Shown here piece after piece: positions 19,624 through 29,792 of a stretch of DNA of 64,000 bases (within the stretch, counting starts at the first letter, position 1; each line of letters opens with the position of its first letter). The notes beneath the pieces are model-generated. The model was not told where the DNA came from and did no database searches. It worked only from the letters and a program-made list of their open reading frames with translations. A program made the position numbers and the translations under genes. Origin of the DNA: Thermoplasmatales archaeon (GTDB taxonomy: Archaea; Thermoplasmatota; Thermoplasmata; Thermoplasmatales; GCA-001856825); contig DAHWIJ010000033.1 of the NCBI GenBank assembly GCA_027345195.1, forward strand, positions 12,860 to 76,859, written 5' to 3'.

Positions 19624-20964
19624 CTACGAATTCCTAAGTCCTTTACTTATGAGATATGCTATGATACCAGAAACAATTATGACAACAGACAAAGTTACTG
19701 AAATGTTAAATGGATAGAGGTAGTTGTTCTCCGCTATAGTCATAATGGCATAGATGAGGATTATTGAGGCAATGGCTGGGACAAGTAGGTTGCTAATAAT
19801 CCTCAGTCTTCCCATTTTATAGCTATAAAAGGCTAAGGAAACTGAGACGATTATATGGGATGAATAGCTAAGAATAGCGGCCATAACCAGCAAAAATATG
19901 CTTCCTTCAAACGGACCGAAAAAAGAACCTGCCAGAAGGGCAATAGATAGACCGACCAGAGCACCGAAAATGGCTGGGGTTCTTGGAACCCCATTTATAT
20001 TAACCTTTGACAACCACCTTGGACCGAAATTCCCCTCCCTTGACAATCCGTAGAGCATCCTGGTATAGTTGTTTGATGTTGCAACTACAGAAGAGTTGAA
20101 ACTGTTCAAAATAAGTACGAGGAGGAAGATTGAAAAGAAGATACCAAGACTTTTCCCGTAAATCCAGTATCCAGGATCGTTGATGACAGAGTAGAGATAA
20201 AACTCTTTTGGACCAAGTACAATACTTTGTGCAAAGGAGCTAAGGATGATTACACTACCCAATAGGAAAAGGGAAATAAGTAGAGAACGGGGTACATTGT
20301 ACGTCGGACTTCTTGTCTCAGATGATAGAGGAGTGAGTCCACTTATCCCGCCAAATGCACCCAAGCCAAGGATTAGTGCTAGTGGCCTGATGGTAGATAT
20401 GTTCATGGCAGTGGCGTAATGTAAATTGTTTCGAAATAACCAAATAAGCAGTATAGAGGTAAAGATCAGAAATAAGATTTCGACTAACCCCGTAACAATA
20501 AAATAACGCGTTGAAAACTCTACCTTCTTTAGAACAACAGCCACTGCTTCCATAGTCATTACAATAGCTACGAGATACCACAACCATTGGTACTGAAGAA
20601 CTCCTCCAAGAGAATTCAGAAATGCAGAAATCCCAAGTAAGCCAAACCCCCCAAACCCTACAATATAATAAATCCAATAGATCCAGCCTGAAACAAATCC
20701 CACACCTTTTCCTAGCCCCATTGAAGCATATTGCATCCAAGGTGCTGGCGAATCAACAATCCGCGACCATTGATAAATGACGTACGTTATCGCACCATAG
20801 ATTATGAATGAAACTAGGAGAACAGATGTCATGTCGAAACCAGCAAATGATGCCAGTGCGACAAGGTATAGTGATACAGTAGCTGCTGGTCCATTCATAG
20901 CAATTGACTGCCCAACACTATCAAATATTCCTAAGGATCCCTTCCGAAGGTCAGATTGATCCAT
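19624..20964 (-). CDS. APC-superfamily permease embedded in the cob cluster
   Basis: 446 aa, about 12 TM, APC-like N-terminal helices. Its start codon directly abuts the cobT stop (0-nt gap). Confidence 0.7.
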   Translation of the reverse strand: MDQSDLRKGSLGIFDSVGQSIAMNGPAATVSLYLVALASFAGFDMTSVLLVSFIIYGAITYVIYQWSRIVDSPAPWMQYASMGLGKGVGFVSGWIYWIYYIVGFGGFGLLGISAFLNSLGGVLQYQWLWYLVAIVMTMEAVAVVLKKVEFSTRYFIVTGLVEILFLIFTSILLIWLFRNNLHYATAMNISTIRPLALILGLGAFGGISGLTPLSSETRSPTYNVPRSLLISLFLLGSVIILSSFAQSIVLGPKEFYLYSVINDPGYWIYGKSLGIFFSIFLLVLILNSFNSSVVATSNNYTRMLYGLSREGNFGPRWLSKVNINGVPRTPAIFGALVGLSIALLAGSFFGPFEGSIFLLVMAAILSYSSHIIVSVSLAFYSYKMGRLRIISNLLVPAIASIILIYAIMTIAENNYLYPFNISVTLSVVIIVSGIIAYLISKGLRNS

Positions 20965-21939
20965 TTACTCACTTATAAGATCGGAATAGAGGCTGTCTAT
21001 TTCTTCCACTATCTCTCTATCAGTAAATCCAGTGGATGAGGCGAAGTAGTAAGCGCCTCCTGCCCCGACCCCCTCCTTAACTATACCATTCTCATAGTCT
21101 CTTATCCCTGGATGCCTTGAAATTGAGAGATTGACTTTAACCTCGGTGAAAGCCGCCCCTATCTCATTTGCAGTTTCCGAGAACGTTGCACTCTTATCCT
21201 CTACTACATAGTTGGTAGTCACAATTGTGCCACTGTTATAACCCTCAGATTTCAAGAGTGCGGCAACTGCAAGCATCTGCGTGCCGCCGGCTAAATAGAC
21301 TTTCCCCCTAAACCTCCTAGTAAAACCATAGAGGAATGATAAGACGGGGTCTCCAAATTCCATAAGAACCTTGCTCCGTTCTATTTTGCCTACCCTGAGA
21401 AGTGCCTCCTCCACGACCTTCGACTTAAGTGCCACAGGATTATTTGACATGGATGAAGAGGAGACGGAATTGTAACCGAGGCTACGGAGGATTGCCATCG
21501 CAGTAGTCGTGCCTCCGGGTATGCTTTCCGCCAGCATAACCTCCTCATCCTCCTTAAATATCTCATCTGCAAGTATACTGCTCCTTTCAAGAATTTCTTT
21601 GATTTCTGGAACACCTGATTCTCTTCTAATGTCTCTTCCTTCTTTGTCTGATATGAAGAAATATGGAAGAGAAGGACTTGTTACAGCCCCAGCTCGAGCC
21701 ACTAGGACAGGGAACCCAACAAGTTTCTTTGACGCCTTTGTTATTATTGCAGGAGTTGGATTCCCAGATGGTGTAACTGGTATAGAATCTATGCACTTTG
21801 GTCTATCGTAAAACAAATACTCCGCATCTGCAGGTGGGGTAAATTTGATCAGGTCCTCACTCTCTCCTGCAGCTGTTATGCCATTTACCCTAGATACCGC
21901 GGTATTACCAATTGCAAGTATGAATATCATGTCAAGCAA
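20965..21939 (-). CDS. cobT: Archaeal-type nicotinate-nucleotide--dimethylbenzimidazole phosphoribosyltransferase (UPF0284/TIGR00303)
   Basis: GITAAGE, TPPADAEY, NPTPAIIT and IPGGTTTAMAIL blocks typical of the MJ1598-type CobT family. Confidence 0.75.
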   Translation of the reverse strand: MLDMIFILAIGNTAVSRVNGITAAGESEDLIKFTPPADAEYLFYDRPKCIDSIPVTPSGNPTPAIITKASKKLVGFPVLVARAGAVTSPSLPYFFISDKEGRDIRRESGVPEIKEILERSSILADEIFKEDEEVMLAESIPGGTTTAMAILRSLGYNSVSSSSMSNNPVALKSKVVEEALLRVGKIERSKVLMEFGDPVLSFLYGFTRRFRGKVYLAGGTQMLAVAALLKSEGYNSGTIVTTNYVVEDKSATFSETANEIGAAFTEVKVNLSISRHPGIRDYENGIVKEGVGAGGAYYFASSTGFTDREIVEEIDSLYSDLISE

Positions 21940-22143
21940 ACTTGATAAAATTAAAGTTTATTTAACCCTTTTGAATTTACCAACTAACAGTATGGAAGCA
22001 ACAACATATCATAGATATAAAACTCATCCATTTAGGAGCCCTGAGTTACTCCTTGCATTTCCTATAGCCGTTCCTTCAGTTGCCAGAATGGGCAAACCCC
22101 TTTCATTATCCGGAGAGGGAAGTGAAAAGGAGAATTTGACATC

Positions 22144-22851
22144 GTGAAGTCGCTAGTATCATTCTTCACGCGAATCCCAGTAGGAGGGGTTGCTGAGGGA
22201 CCAAGTAGACTCTATCTATTAGTTGTTGTTTCAGCCTTGATAGCTTTATTTCCGGTGGTAGTCTTTTTGATAACTTTTCAGTTTCTACCTAGGATCCTCG
22301 TCTCTATTTTGTCTCTCCTGTCCATATATACAACAACTGGCTTGCTACACGTTGACGGTTTGTCCGACTTTGCTGACGGCATAATGAAGAAGGGCTCTAA
22401 GGAAGAGAAGATCAAGGCGATGAAAGATGTTAACACTGGTGCTGCTGGACTGTTTTCAATGATCATGGTGATAATTTCTGAAGTCTATGCAATATCTGTC
22501 GTCGGGGTTCAAATACAAACAGTAATCCTATTCTTCTTAGTTTCTGAAGTTTCGTCAAAATTTTCAATGCTAGTTGGCCTTACATTCTTTCCGTCTCCTG
22601 ACTCTGGTCTGGCACATATGTTGAAAGGAAGTACGAAGAAATATGACATTCCCATTTTTCTTGCTATCTCGCTGCCCGTTCTCTTTATATCATTTAGGAT
22701 TTGGTTGAATATTCTAGTTGGAGGTGCCGTATCGATTGTAGTGGGATTGATTTCCTTGAAAAATTTTTCTTTCGTAAATGGAGACTCACTTGGTGCTATG
22801 AATGAAATTAGCAGGGCGGTGACAATGTGGTTGATCTGCTTGGGGTTGTGA
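22144..22851 (+). CDS. cobS: Adenosylcobinamide-GDP ribazoletransferase (cobalamin synthase)
   Basis: Polytopic membrane protein with the hallmark HVDGLSDFADG. GTG start. Confidence 0.85.
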   Translation: MKSLVSFFTRIPVGGVAEGPSRLYLLVVVSALIALFPVVVFLITFQFLPRILVSILSLLSIYTTTGLLHVDGLSDFADGIMKKGSKEEKIKAMKDVNTGAAGLFSMIMVIISEVYAISVVGVQIQTVILFFLVSEVSSKFSMLVGLTFFPSPDSGLAHMLKGSTKKYDIPIFLAISLPVLFISFRIWLNILVGGAVSIVVGLISLKNFSFVNGDSLGAMNEISRAVTMWLICLGL

Positions 22852-23345
22852 TGGCAGGTGGAAAATCGTCCAGGTATGGGAAGGAAAAACTTTTGGAGGT
22901 CTTAAATGGGAAAAGGGTAATTGATATCGTGGTTGGAAACCTGTCTCTGTCAAGTGTGAAAAAAATCTTAATAGCTGTCTCTCCGAATGCCCCTAAAACT
23001 CTCCACTACTGCAAGAGATATGACTATATCCTTACTCCAGGAACCGGCTATCCAGAGGACATAAAATTTCTCCTTGACAAGCTTTCAAAACCTTTGTTGA
23101 TTGTCAATGGGGATTCTGTATTTGTAGATCCAGTGACTATCAATTCCTTTATCTCAAGATATCACGGCAGAAGCATGACCGCAGTTGTAAATTTACCTAA
23201 CGGCAAGGTATACATTGGTCTCAACATAGCAGTACCAGGGGATGAAGTCGATGAAGTCGTGGAATTCGGAAATCAGCTCCTCTCTCTGAATATAAACACC
23301 CCAGAAGACCTCGGGAGGGCAGAGACTATTGTCTCCAAGCGGTAG
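22827..23345 (+). CDS. cobY: Adenosylcobinamide-phosphate guanylyltransferase, archaeal CobY type
   Basis: 172-aa nucleotidyltransferase fold with GVVMAGGKSSRYGKEKLL. Position between cobS and cbiB. GTG start overlaps the cobS end. Confidence 0.7.
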   Translation: MVDLLGVVMAGGKSSRYGKEKLLEVLNGKRVIDIVVGNLSLSSVKKILIAVSPNAPKTLHYCKRYDYILTPGTGYPEDIKFLLDKLSKPLLIVNGDSVFVDPVTINSFISRYHGRSMTAVVNLPNGKVYIGLNIAVPGDEVDEVVEFGNQLLSLNINTPEDLGRAETIVSKR

Positions 23346-24228
23346 GGAATTGTGGGTTTTAATCGTTTTAGTTGCACTCATAATAGATTTCATCTTTGAA
23401 TATCCTAATAAAATACATCCTGTTGCGTGGACGGGGAAACTGCTTGGTTTATTTGATAATCACAGATTGTCTTCAACTCATAGAGGTGAATTCATTAACG
23501 GGATGACCTCGGTCTTAGTAACGATTTTAATATGGATGATAGTCCTTTATTTTACTGGACTCCTACCACTAACTATTAGAACGATAATAGAGATTTACAT
23601 ACTAAAGTCCACATTTTCCATAGGAGGGTTGGTTAAATCTGTTAGAAGGTGCGAAACAGATGATACCGAAACATTGAGGAGAAACGTTGCCCAGATTGTT
23701 TCAAGGGATGTAACAAATCTGGACCAGAATCATTTGTACTCAGCGGCATTCGAGTCCGGGGCAGAAAATCTGGTCGACTCGGTTGTTTCACCTTTGTTCT
23801 ATTTTGCTCTGTTTGGAATTTGGGGGGCTGTTGTTTTCAGGATAGTAAATACTGCCGATGCAATGATTGGATACAGGAACGATAAGTACGAATTCTACGG
23901 TAAATTTGCTGCAAGAGCTGATGATGTTCTGAATTTCCTGCCATCACGAATCTTTGCCTTGATAGTGATGGTGGCAAACCCTAGACGTGTTTACAAGAAC
24001 TTGAAAAATTACAGTAAATTGAAGATAAATGGGATGTACTCCATGGCGACCGTTGCTGCGGTTTTCGACGTGAAAATAGAGAAAATCGGTCACTATTACG
24101 TGGATGGTAGATCATTCCCAAATGAGCGCTCACTTAGGAAGCTTGAATATGCGATATACTTAATATCGTATTCCCTATTTTTCGTATTAATAGGGGTGGT
24201 ATATTTTCATGGAACATGGTGGAGCTAG
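23329..24228 (+). CDS. cbiB: Adenosylcobinamide-phosphate synthase (CbiB/CobD membrane protein)
   Basis: HPVAWTGKL and TADAMIGYRNDKY motifs, 4-5 TM. Start may be a few codons downstream (TTG 23350). Confidence 0.85.
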   Translation: MSPSGRELWVLIVLVALIIDFIFEYPNKIHPVAWTGKLLGLFDNHRLSSTHRGEFINGMTSVLVTILIWMIVLYFTGLLPLTIRTIIEIYILKSTFSIGGLVKSVRRCETDDTETLRRNVAQIVSRDVTNLDQNHLYSAAFESGAENLVDSVVSPLFYFALFGIWGAVVFRIVNTADAMIGYRNDKYEFYGKFAARADDVLNFLPSRIFALIVMVANPRRVYKNLKNYSKLKINGMYSMATVAAVFDVKIEKIGHYYVDGRSFPNERSLRKLEYAIYLISYSLFFVLIGVVYFHGTWWS

Positions 24229-25186
24229 AGAAGGGGAAGAACATCTTATGGATTTTTCCTACTCCGCGAATCCATACAGGCCACCGTTTGTCAGGAGAGC
24301 CCTTCAAAGGGCAAAAATTGATAGGTATCCCTACTGCAATGACAGATTCGAAAGAGGTATAAGGGATAAGTATCGCATCCCGCAGGAAGTTGTTATAACT
24401 GCGGGCATCACAGAGCTGATTCAGATAATTATATCCTATTTCAGACGGAGAAGGATAGTCTCTCTGAGAAGTACATATGGGGAGTATGCCAGAACTGCAA
24501 GACTCTTTGGTTCTGAGCTTGAAATAATTACCGACCCAGATCCAGATATAGCGGTACTGACGCCAAAGAAAGAGGATGTCCTCTTCTTTGCCAATCCCAA
24601 TAACCCCACGGGGAAGTATTACAAATACGTTAATGAGCTGGCCGAGCAGGCAGAAGCCAAAGGATTCATGCTCATATTGGATGAAGCGTTCATCGATTTT
24701 GTTGATTCAGTAGTTCCATACGACATCAACGACAACGTGGTTGTAATGCGGTCTTTCAGCAAGGCCTACAACCTCTCGGGAATTAGGATCGGTTACGCAA
24801 TAGCTTCAAAGCCACTTGCAGAGAGATTTAGGGAGATGAGGCTTCCCTGGGGCATCGGTTCACTGGGCTGTGCATTTATAGAGGAAATTCTGAAGGATAG
24901 GGAATTTCTACCAAATTCCCTGAAAAAAATTCGCAGGGAGAGAAGAAGGATTTCTGAGACCACAGGCCTTAGAACTGACTCCAATTACTTTCTAGCCTCG
25001 ATGGGGGATGCTAAAGTTGCAGTTAATAGACTTAAACAAAAGGGAATACTCGTAAGGGACTGTTCATCGTTCGGGCTTCCTGATGCCATTAGATTCTCCA
25101 TAAGGAGCAAGAAAGACAACGATCTTCTCCTTTCTTCGCTAAAGGATATGGAGGTGATGCCCCCTGACTACGTATCGTTCGAGTAG
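24209..25186 (+). CDS. cobD: L-threonine-O-3-phosphate decarboxylase (class I/II aminotransferase fold)
   Basis: HGG...DFSYSANPYRPP N-terminus, PLP-lysine block SFSKAYNLSGIRIGY, and cob operon context. Confidence 0.75.
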   Translation: MEHGGAREGEEHLMDFSYSANPYRPPFVRRALQRAKIDRYPYCNDRFERGIRDKYRIPQEVVITAGITELIQIIISYFRRRRIVSLRSTYGEYARTARLFGSELEIITDPDPDIAVLTPKKEDVLFFANPNNPTGKYYKYVNELAEQAEAKGFMLILDEAFIDFVDSVVPYDINDNVVVMRSFSKAYNLSGIRIGYAIASKPLAERFREMRLPWGIGSLGCAFIEEILKDREFLPNSLKKIRRERRRISETTGLRTDSNYFLASMGDAKVAVNRLKQKGILVRDCSSFGLPDAIRFSIRSKKDNDLLLSSLKDMEVMPPDYVSFE

Positions 25187-25196
25187 GTTCAGACCA

Positions 25197-26627
25197 TTGA
25201 TGATTTTAGGCACGTCCTCAGGAGTTGGAAAATCGCTCATGGTAACAGCTCTATGTAGAATATTCTCTGATATGGGAATCAGAGTTGCGCCATTCAAGGT
25301 GCAGAATATGTCCCTGAATGCTGGAGCTGCAGATGGGGGAGAGATGGCATATGCGCAGATTGTTCAGGCATTTGCAGCGGGTATTGAACCGTCAGTCCAC
25401 ATGAATCCCATCCTCCTAAAACCGGAGGGTGATAGAACGCACGTAATTGTCCAGGGAAAACACATAGGCACTTATGATTCGGGTCGCTACTTCACGGAGG
25501 GAAACGAATCTCTCTTGAAGAAGGCATTGGAATCCTTTAATTTACTCAAGAGAACTTATGATCTAATAGTAATTGAGGGGGCGGGGTCTCCTGCAGAGAT
25601 AAACCTAAGGGGGGACATAGCTAATACGAGATTCTCTAAACTTGTTGGAGCCAGGGAAATTCTAGTAGTTGATATCGAGAGAGGTGGTGCGTTTGCGAGT
25701 ACTGTTGGAACACTAGACCTTGTCTCCTTCAATGATTTAATCGGGATAATAGTGAATAAATTTAGAGGGGACGAAAAGCTTCTCAAACCTGGGTACGATT
25801 ACATAGAGAGAAGATTTTCAACTAAGATTCTCGGGACCGTCCCATTTGTGCCAAACAGCATCCCGGAAGAAGACTCTCTTAGAACGTACCACAGGCGGGA
25901 TGGGAAACCAATGGTGGGAATAGTAAAGACCCCAAACATGGCGAATGCAACCGACTTCGAGATATTGGAAAGGTATCAACGCATAGGCTTTCAGTTTATT
26001 ACAAAACCAGAATTAATGGAGAAATCTGATATTATTATCCTACCTGGCTCCAAGCTTACCACAGTTGACCTAGATCATCTTAAAAGGGAAGGGTACATTG
26101 ACGGTCTAAGAAATATTTCAGGTGAGAGGTACATAATGGGGATTTGCGGAGGGCTCCAAATTCTTGGTAAATGGGTGAATGACGTAGAGGAAACTGGCAG
26201 AGGAAAGATTGAGGGTGCAGGATTGCTGGACATAAGCACTATCTTGAAGGGAAGGAAAGTGGTAAGGCGTGTGAGATCGAGGATTCTGTACCCTGAAATG
26301 AAAGGGATATTTGTTGACGGTTATGAAATACATACCGGAAGGTCTGCAGGCAAACCCCATTTTTCAAACATAATCTCTGAAGATGGCAAGAACACAAATC
26401 TAATGGAGGGATCATATAAGTCGAAAGTCATCGGAACCTATATACATGGTATATTTGACAACACTCACTTCACTCAAACACTTTTCAATCTTGTGAGAAG
26501 GGGTCTCGGTATGGAACCCTTAGAGGAACCGGCAGTAGTAAGCACCGATTACGAAATAAGGAGATTCTCCGATGTGGTGAAAAAAAGCATTGACTTGGAC
26601 TACATCTTGAAGTCATTGAAAAAGTAA
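25197..26627 (+). CDS. cobQ: Cobyric acid synthase
   Basis: ILGTSSGVGKSLMVTALCR P-loop-like N-domain and a GATase domain with GICGGLQILG. Confidence 0.9.
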   Translation: MMILGTSSGVGKSLMVTALCRIFSDMGIRVAPFKVQNMSLNAGAADGGEMAYAQIVQAFAAGIEPSVHMNPILLKPEGDRTHVIVQGKHIGTYDSGRYFTEGNESLLKKALESFNLLKRTYDLIVIEGAGSPAEINLRGDIANTRFSKLVGAREILVVDIERGGAFASTVGTLDLVSFNDLIGIIVNKFRGDEKLLKPGYDYIERRFSTKILGTVPFVPNSIPEEDSLRTYHRRDGKPMVGIVKTPNMANATDFEILERYQRIGFQFITKPELMEKSDIIILPGSKLTTVDLDHLKREGYIDGLRNISGERYIMGICGGLQILGKWVNDVEETGRGKIEGAGLLDISTILKGRKVVRRVRSRILYPEMKGIFVDGYEIHTGRSAGKPHFSNIISEDGKNTNLMEGSYKSKVIGTYIHGIFDNTHFTQTLFNLVRRGLGMEPLEEPAVVSTDYEIRRFSDVVKKSIDLDYILKSLKK

Positions 26628-26769
26628 AAGGCTTTTCGTAGGTATACTTAACTAGATTTGATCTGACATAAGATTTCACAGTTATTGCACTGTGCATACA
26701 TCACCGAGGTACTAATACAAAAATTCAGAGCAGCACTAAATATTTGAATGTCTTGAATATCGCTTAATA

Positions 26770-27036
26770 ATGCAGTGCAACGTGAAATTTTATGGAATTG
26801 TTCAGGGCGTGGGGTTTAGAGAGCGAACAAGGAGAATGGCAAAATCCCTAAATCTAAAAGGGTGGGTAAGGAACCTGAGAGATGGTTCTGTAGAAGCTAT
26901 GATACAAGGAGATCCGGATTTAGTCGAGAGGCTGATCCAGTACTGCACTTCGGAAATCCCAAATGCCCTAGTGACAGATATTAAGAAAAGGTATGTCGAA
27001 GAGGATGACTTTGATAATTTTAAAATAATAAAATAA
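26770..27036 (+). CDS. acyP: Acylphosphatase
   Basis: 88 aa with VQGVGFRERTRRMA and GWVRNLRDGSVE signatures. Confidence 0.9.
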   Translation: MQCNVKFYGIVQGVGFRERTRRMAKSLNLKGWVRNLRDGSVEAMIQGDPDLVERLIQYCTSEIPNALVTDIKKRYVEEDDFDNFKIIK

Positions 27037-27041
27037 AAAGG

Positions 27042-27560
27042 TTAGACCTTCAGAGTGGCCTTCCCAGGTTCCCAGTTGACTGGGCATAACCCGCCCGTTT
27101 GAAGAGCTGCTAGAACCCTGTACGTCTCTTCAGTGCTTCTGCCTACATTATCGTCAGTAATGACAACATATTTTATGATCCCTTCTGGGTTTATTATGAA
27201 GAGACCTCTGTGTGAGTTACCAGATACCTCATCTAGCACTCCGTAGTCCCTGGATATTTCCCCCTTCCTGTCCTCCACCATGGGATATTTAGCTGCGGCA
27301 ACTCTTTCGTCGTGCTCCACCCACGCTTTGTGAACGTATACTGTATCTCGACTAACTGCCACGATCTCAGCTCCAGCCTTCTTGAAATCCTTGTACTTCT
27401 CTGCGAACCCTTCTATTTCAGTTGGGCAGACGAACGTGAAATCTGCAGGGTAGAAGAAGAGGATTACCCATTTCCCTCTGAGCTTTGATAGCCTAAAGTC
27501 CTCTATTTTCCCATCCACGAAAGCCTTTGCCTCAAAATCAGGTGCCTTTTTTCCAATCAT
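27042..27560 (-). CDS. Typical 2-Cys peroxiredoxin (AhpC/TSA family)
   Basis: FYPADFTFVCPTE (peroxidatic Cys) and C-terminal GGLCPVNW (resolving Cys). Confidence 0.9.
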   Translation of the reverse strand: MIGKKAPDFEAKAFVDGKIEDFRLSKLRGKWVILFFYPADFTFVCPTEIEGFAEKYKDFKKAGAEIVAVSRDTVYVHKAWVEHDERVAAAKYPMVEDRKGEISRDYGVLDEVSGNSHRGLFIINPEGIIKYVVITDDNVGRSTEETYRVLAALQTGGLCPVNWEPGKATLKV

Positions 27561-27677
27561 TTAATCACCATTTAATACTTGAAGAATAGTTAATTCGGAA
27601 ATATAAATCTTAGTAACACCTTTGAGAACCACTGGCTCCTGAACGAATGAAGTCTCGCTATTATTCTAACTCCAGAC

Positions 27678-28682
27678 TCAATAGTAGTTGGCATATTTCA
27701 ACCCATAATTCGAGACTGCAACGCCCCTCCCTGAAACCACTATACCTAGTTCTTGGGGATTGAACTTGGACAGTTCCTGGATCACTTGGTCTTCGTCTTT
27801 CTTTGATGCTATTACCATCATCCCTATACCCATATTGAAGACCTCAAACGCCTCCTGGTAGGAAATGCCGCCATCGTTGATTATTTTTGTAAATAAATCT
27901 GGAATTTTTGGGTAGGTCAGTCTGTACCCTTTTTTGTTAAGTCTCAGCAAATTTCTGATCCCTCCGCCCGTTATGTGAGCTATACCGTGGATGTCAAGCT
28001 CCTGCGTCAGCTTGTAGACTTCCTTAGAGTAGATTCTAGTCCCTTTCAGAAGCTTTTTCCACAGTTTCTCCCCGTGGAAATTTTTATTGAGGAGGTCTGG
28101 CCTGGCCTCATATGTCCTCCTGATCAGAGAAAAACCGTTGGAATGAAAGCCGCTAGATTCCAGGCCGATTATCCTGTCCCCTTCCTTAACAAATCTTCCA
28201 GTAATCACCTTCCCACGCTCCAGGTACCCAACGACTGTCCCGGAGATATCAATTCCCTTCACAAGGTCTGGTACTGAGGCAGTTTCCCCACCGACCATAG
28301 GTATCCCTGCTTCTCTGCAGGCCTCATTGATGCTCCTACCAAGCATTCTGCCGGAATCTTCGTCCAGAACCGAACCTGCTATATAATCAACCATAGCCAT
28401 TGGCTCAGCGCCCATACAGACTATGTCGTTTACATTCATCCCAACGAGATCGTATCCCAGCTCATCCATGTATTTGTGCTCAAGCGCCATGATTGTCTTG
28501 GTACCAACGTTGTCTGTGTGAATTGCGATGTAGTTCCCCATAAAAGAAACTAGTCCGGAGTAGTGACCGATATCCGTTGCCCTCCTGTATTTTCCACCTT
28601 TGAATGTGAGCTCTGAGATAATTGACCTTCTAAAATTTCCGACTGAGTCAAAGTCCACTCCGCTCTCGCTATACTTAGTCAT
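27678..28682 (-). CDS. purM: Phosphoribosylformylglycinamidine cyclo-ligase (AIR synthetase)
   Basis: YSESGVDFD, HTDNVGTKT and GGETA blocks; 334 aa. Confidence 0.9.
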   Translation of the reverse strand: MTKYSESGVDFDSVGNFRRSIISELTFKGGKYRRATDIGHYSGLVSFMGNYIAIHTDNVGTKTIMALEHKYMDELGYDLVGMNVNDIVCMGAEPMAMVDYIAGSVLDEDSGRMLGRSINEACREAGIPMVGGETASVPDLVKGIDISGTVVGYLERGKVITGRFVKEGDRIIGLESSGFHSNGFSLIRRTYEARPDLLNKNFHGEKLWKKLLKGTRIYSKEVYKLTQELDIHGIAHITGGGIRNLLRLNKKGYRLTYPKIPDLFTKIINDGGISYQEAFEVFNMGIGMMVIASKKDEDQVIQELSKFNPQELGIVVSGRGVAVSNYGLKYANYY

Positions 28683-28752
28683 CTCTTTTGTAAATGCGAA
28701 GGTTGATTAAGAATATCGCTGTATTCATTTACCTTAAGAAGATAGGGAACTG

Positions 28753-29670
28753 GTGAAGCTAGTATCTGAGTTCCCCGGTGGAAACAGCGAGATTTCCAAA
28801 GCGGAGATTTCGGGATTGCTTCGCAGCTATGGCGGGAAAATACTGGGAGAGAATAAGAGGCTCATCTTCTTTTCAACAGATCGCCCTGATGAAGTGGCGA
28901 GAAGAGTAGCTTTTTCTAAAAGAATTGGGAGGATCATCGAGAATGAACGAATTGAGCTTCCGCAGTCAGCCACTTATTCCATCCGGGAAGAGAAGGGTAA
29001 CGGGAAACCCTCTTTGATAGAGGAGGTTGCCAAAAAAATCAGAGGAAGGGTCAATCTAGACAACCCTGATTTTTTATTCCATATCTATAATTTTGAAGAA
29101 CCGATTATTGCGCAAGTGATACATGAGAGAAAAATGAAGGAGCTGATCGACCCTCGATATTATTCAAGACCGTTCAACCACCCTTCAAGCATATCACCGA
29201 TGATCGCAAGGGGTATGCTGAATATTGCAGGGGTGAGGGAGAGTGAGAGGTTTGTTGACCCATTTGCTGGAACCGGAACCTATCTGATAGAGGGGTACAG
29301 GATGGGAATCATAGGGTTCGGCATAGACAGGAACCCAAAGATGGTAGAGGGTGGAAACCGTAATCTCAGGCACTTTGGATTCCCTCCCAACATTGTCCAG
29401 GGAGACTTTGCTGATCTGACATCTATCGACGATTTGTCCGCAATTGTGACAGACCCCCCTTACGGGAGAGGGTCGAAAATTTTTTCTCAATCGCGAGAGA
29501 CTCTTTACCAGAGATTATTTTCACTCATATCCAGAGCGAAGGTCCCAGCCGTATTCTGTATTCCTTCGATTTCCCTTTTAGACACTGCGAGTGAGTATAT
29601 TGATCTAAAGGTAGTGGCATCTATAAGGGTGCATTCCTCACTCACGAGGTACATAGCAATTTCCAAGTGA
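28753..29670 (+). CDS. THUMP-domain tRNA (guanine-N2)-methyltransferase, Trm11/Trm-G10-like
   Basis: N-terminal roughly 150 aa is THUMP-like. SAM motif I DPFAGTGT and motif IV VTDPPYG. GTG start. Confidence 0.7.
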   Translation: MKLVSEFPGGNSEISKAEISGLLRSYGGKILGENKRLIFFSTDRPDEVARRVAFSKRIGRIIENERIELPQSATYSIREEKGNGKPSLIEEVAKKIRGRVNLDNPDFLFHIYNFEEPIIAQVIHERKMKELIDPRYYSRPFNHPSSISPMIARGMLNIAGVRESERFVDPFAGTGTYLIEGYRMGIIGFGIDRNPKMVEGGNRNLRHFGFPPNIVQGDFADLTSIDDLSAIVTDPPYGRGSKIFSQSRETLYQRLFSLISRAKVPAVFCIPSISLLDTASEYIDLKVVASIRVHSSLTRYIAISK

Positions 29671-29792
29671 TTTTTCCTTCCATGAGTGAAAAAAAATCAT
29701 TTGCCCACTTCCGGTCCCGGGTAAGCTAGGCCTTGCCGACAATAAACAGTCTCACCCTAAAACTTATAACTTGCGAATCCTATTCTTTCTCA

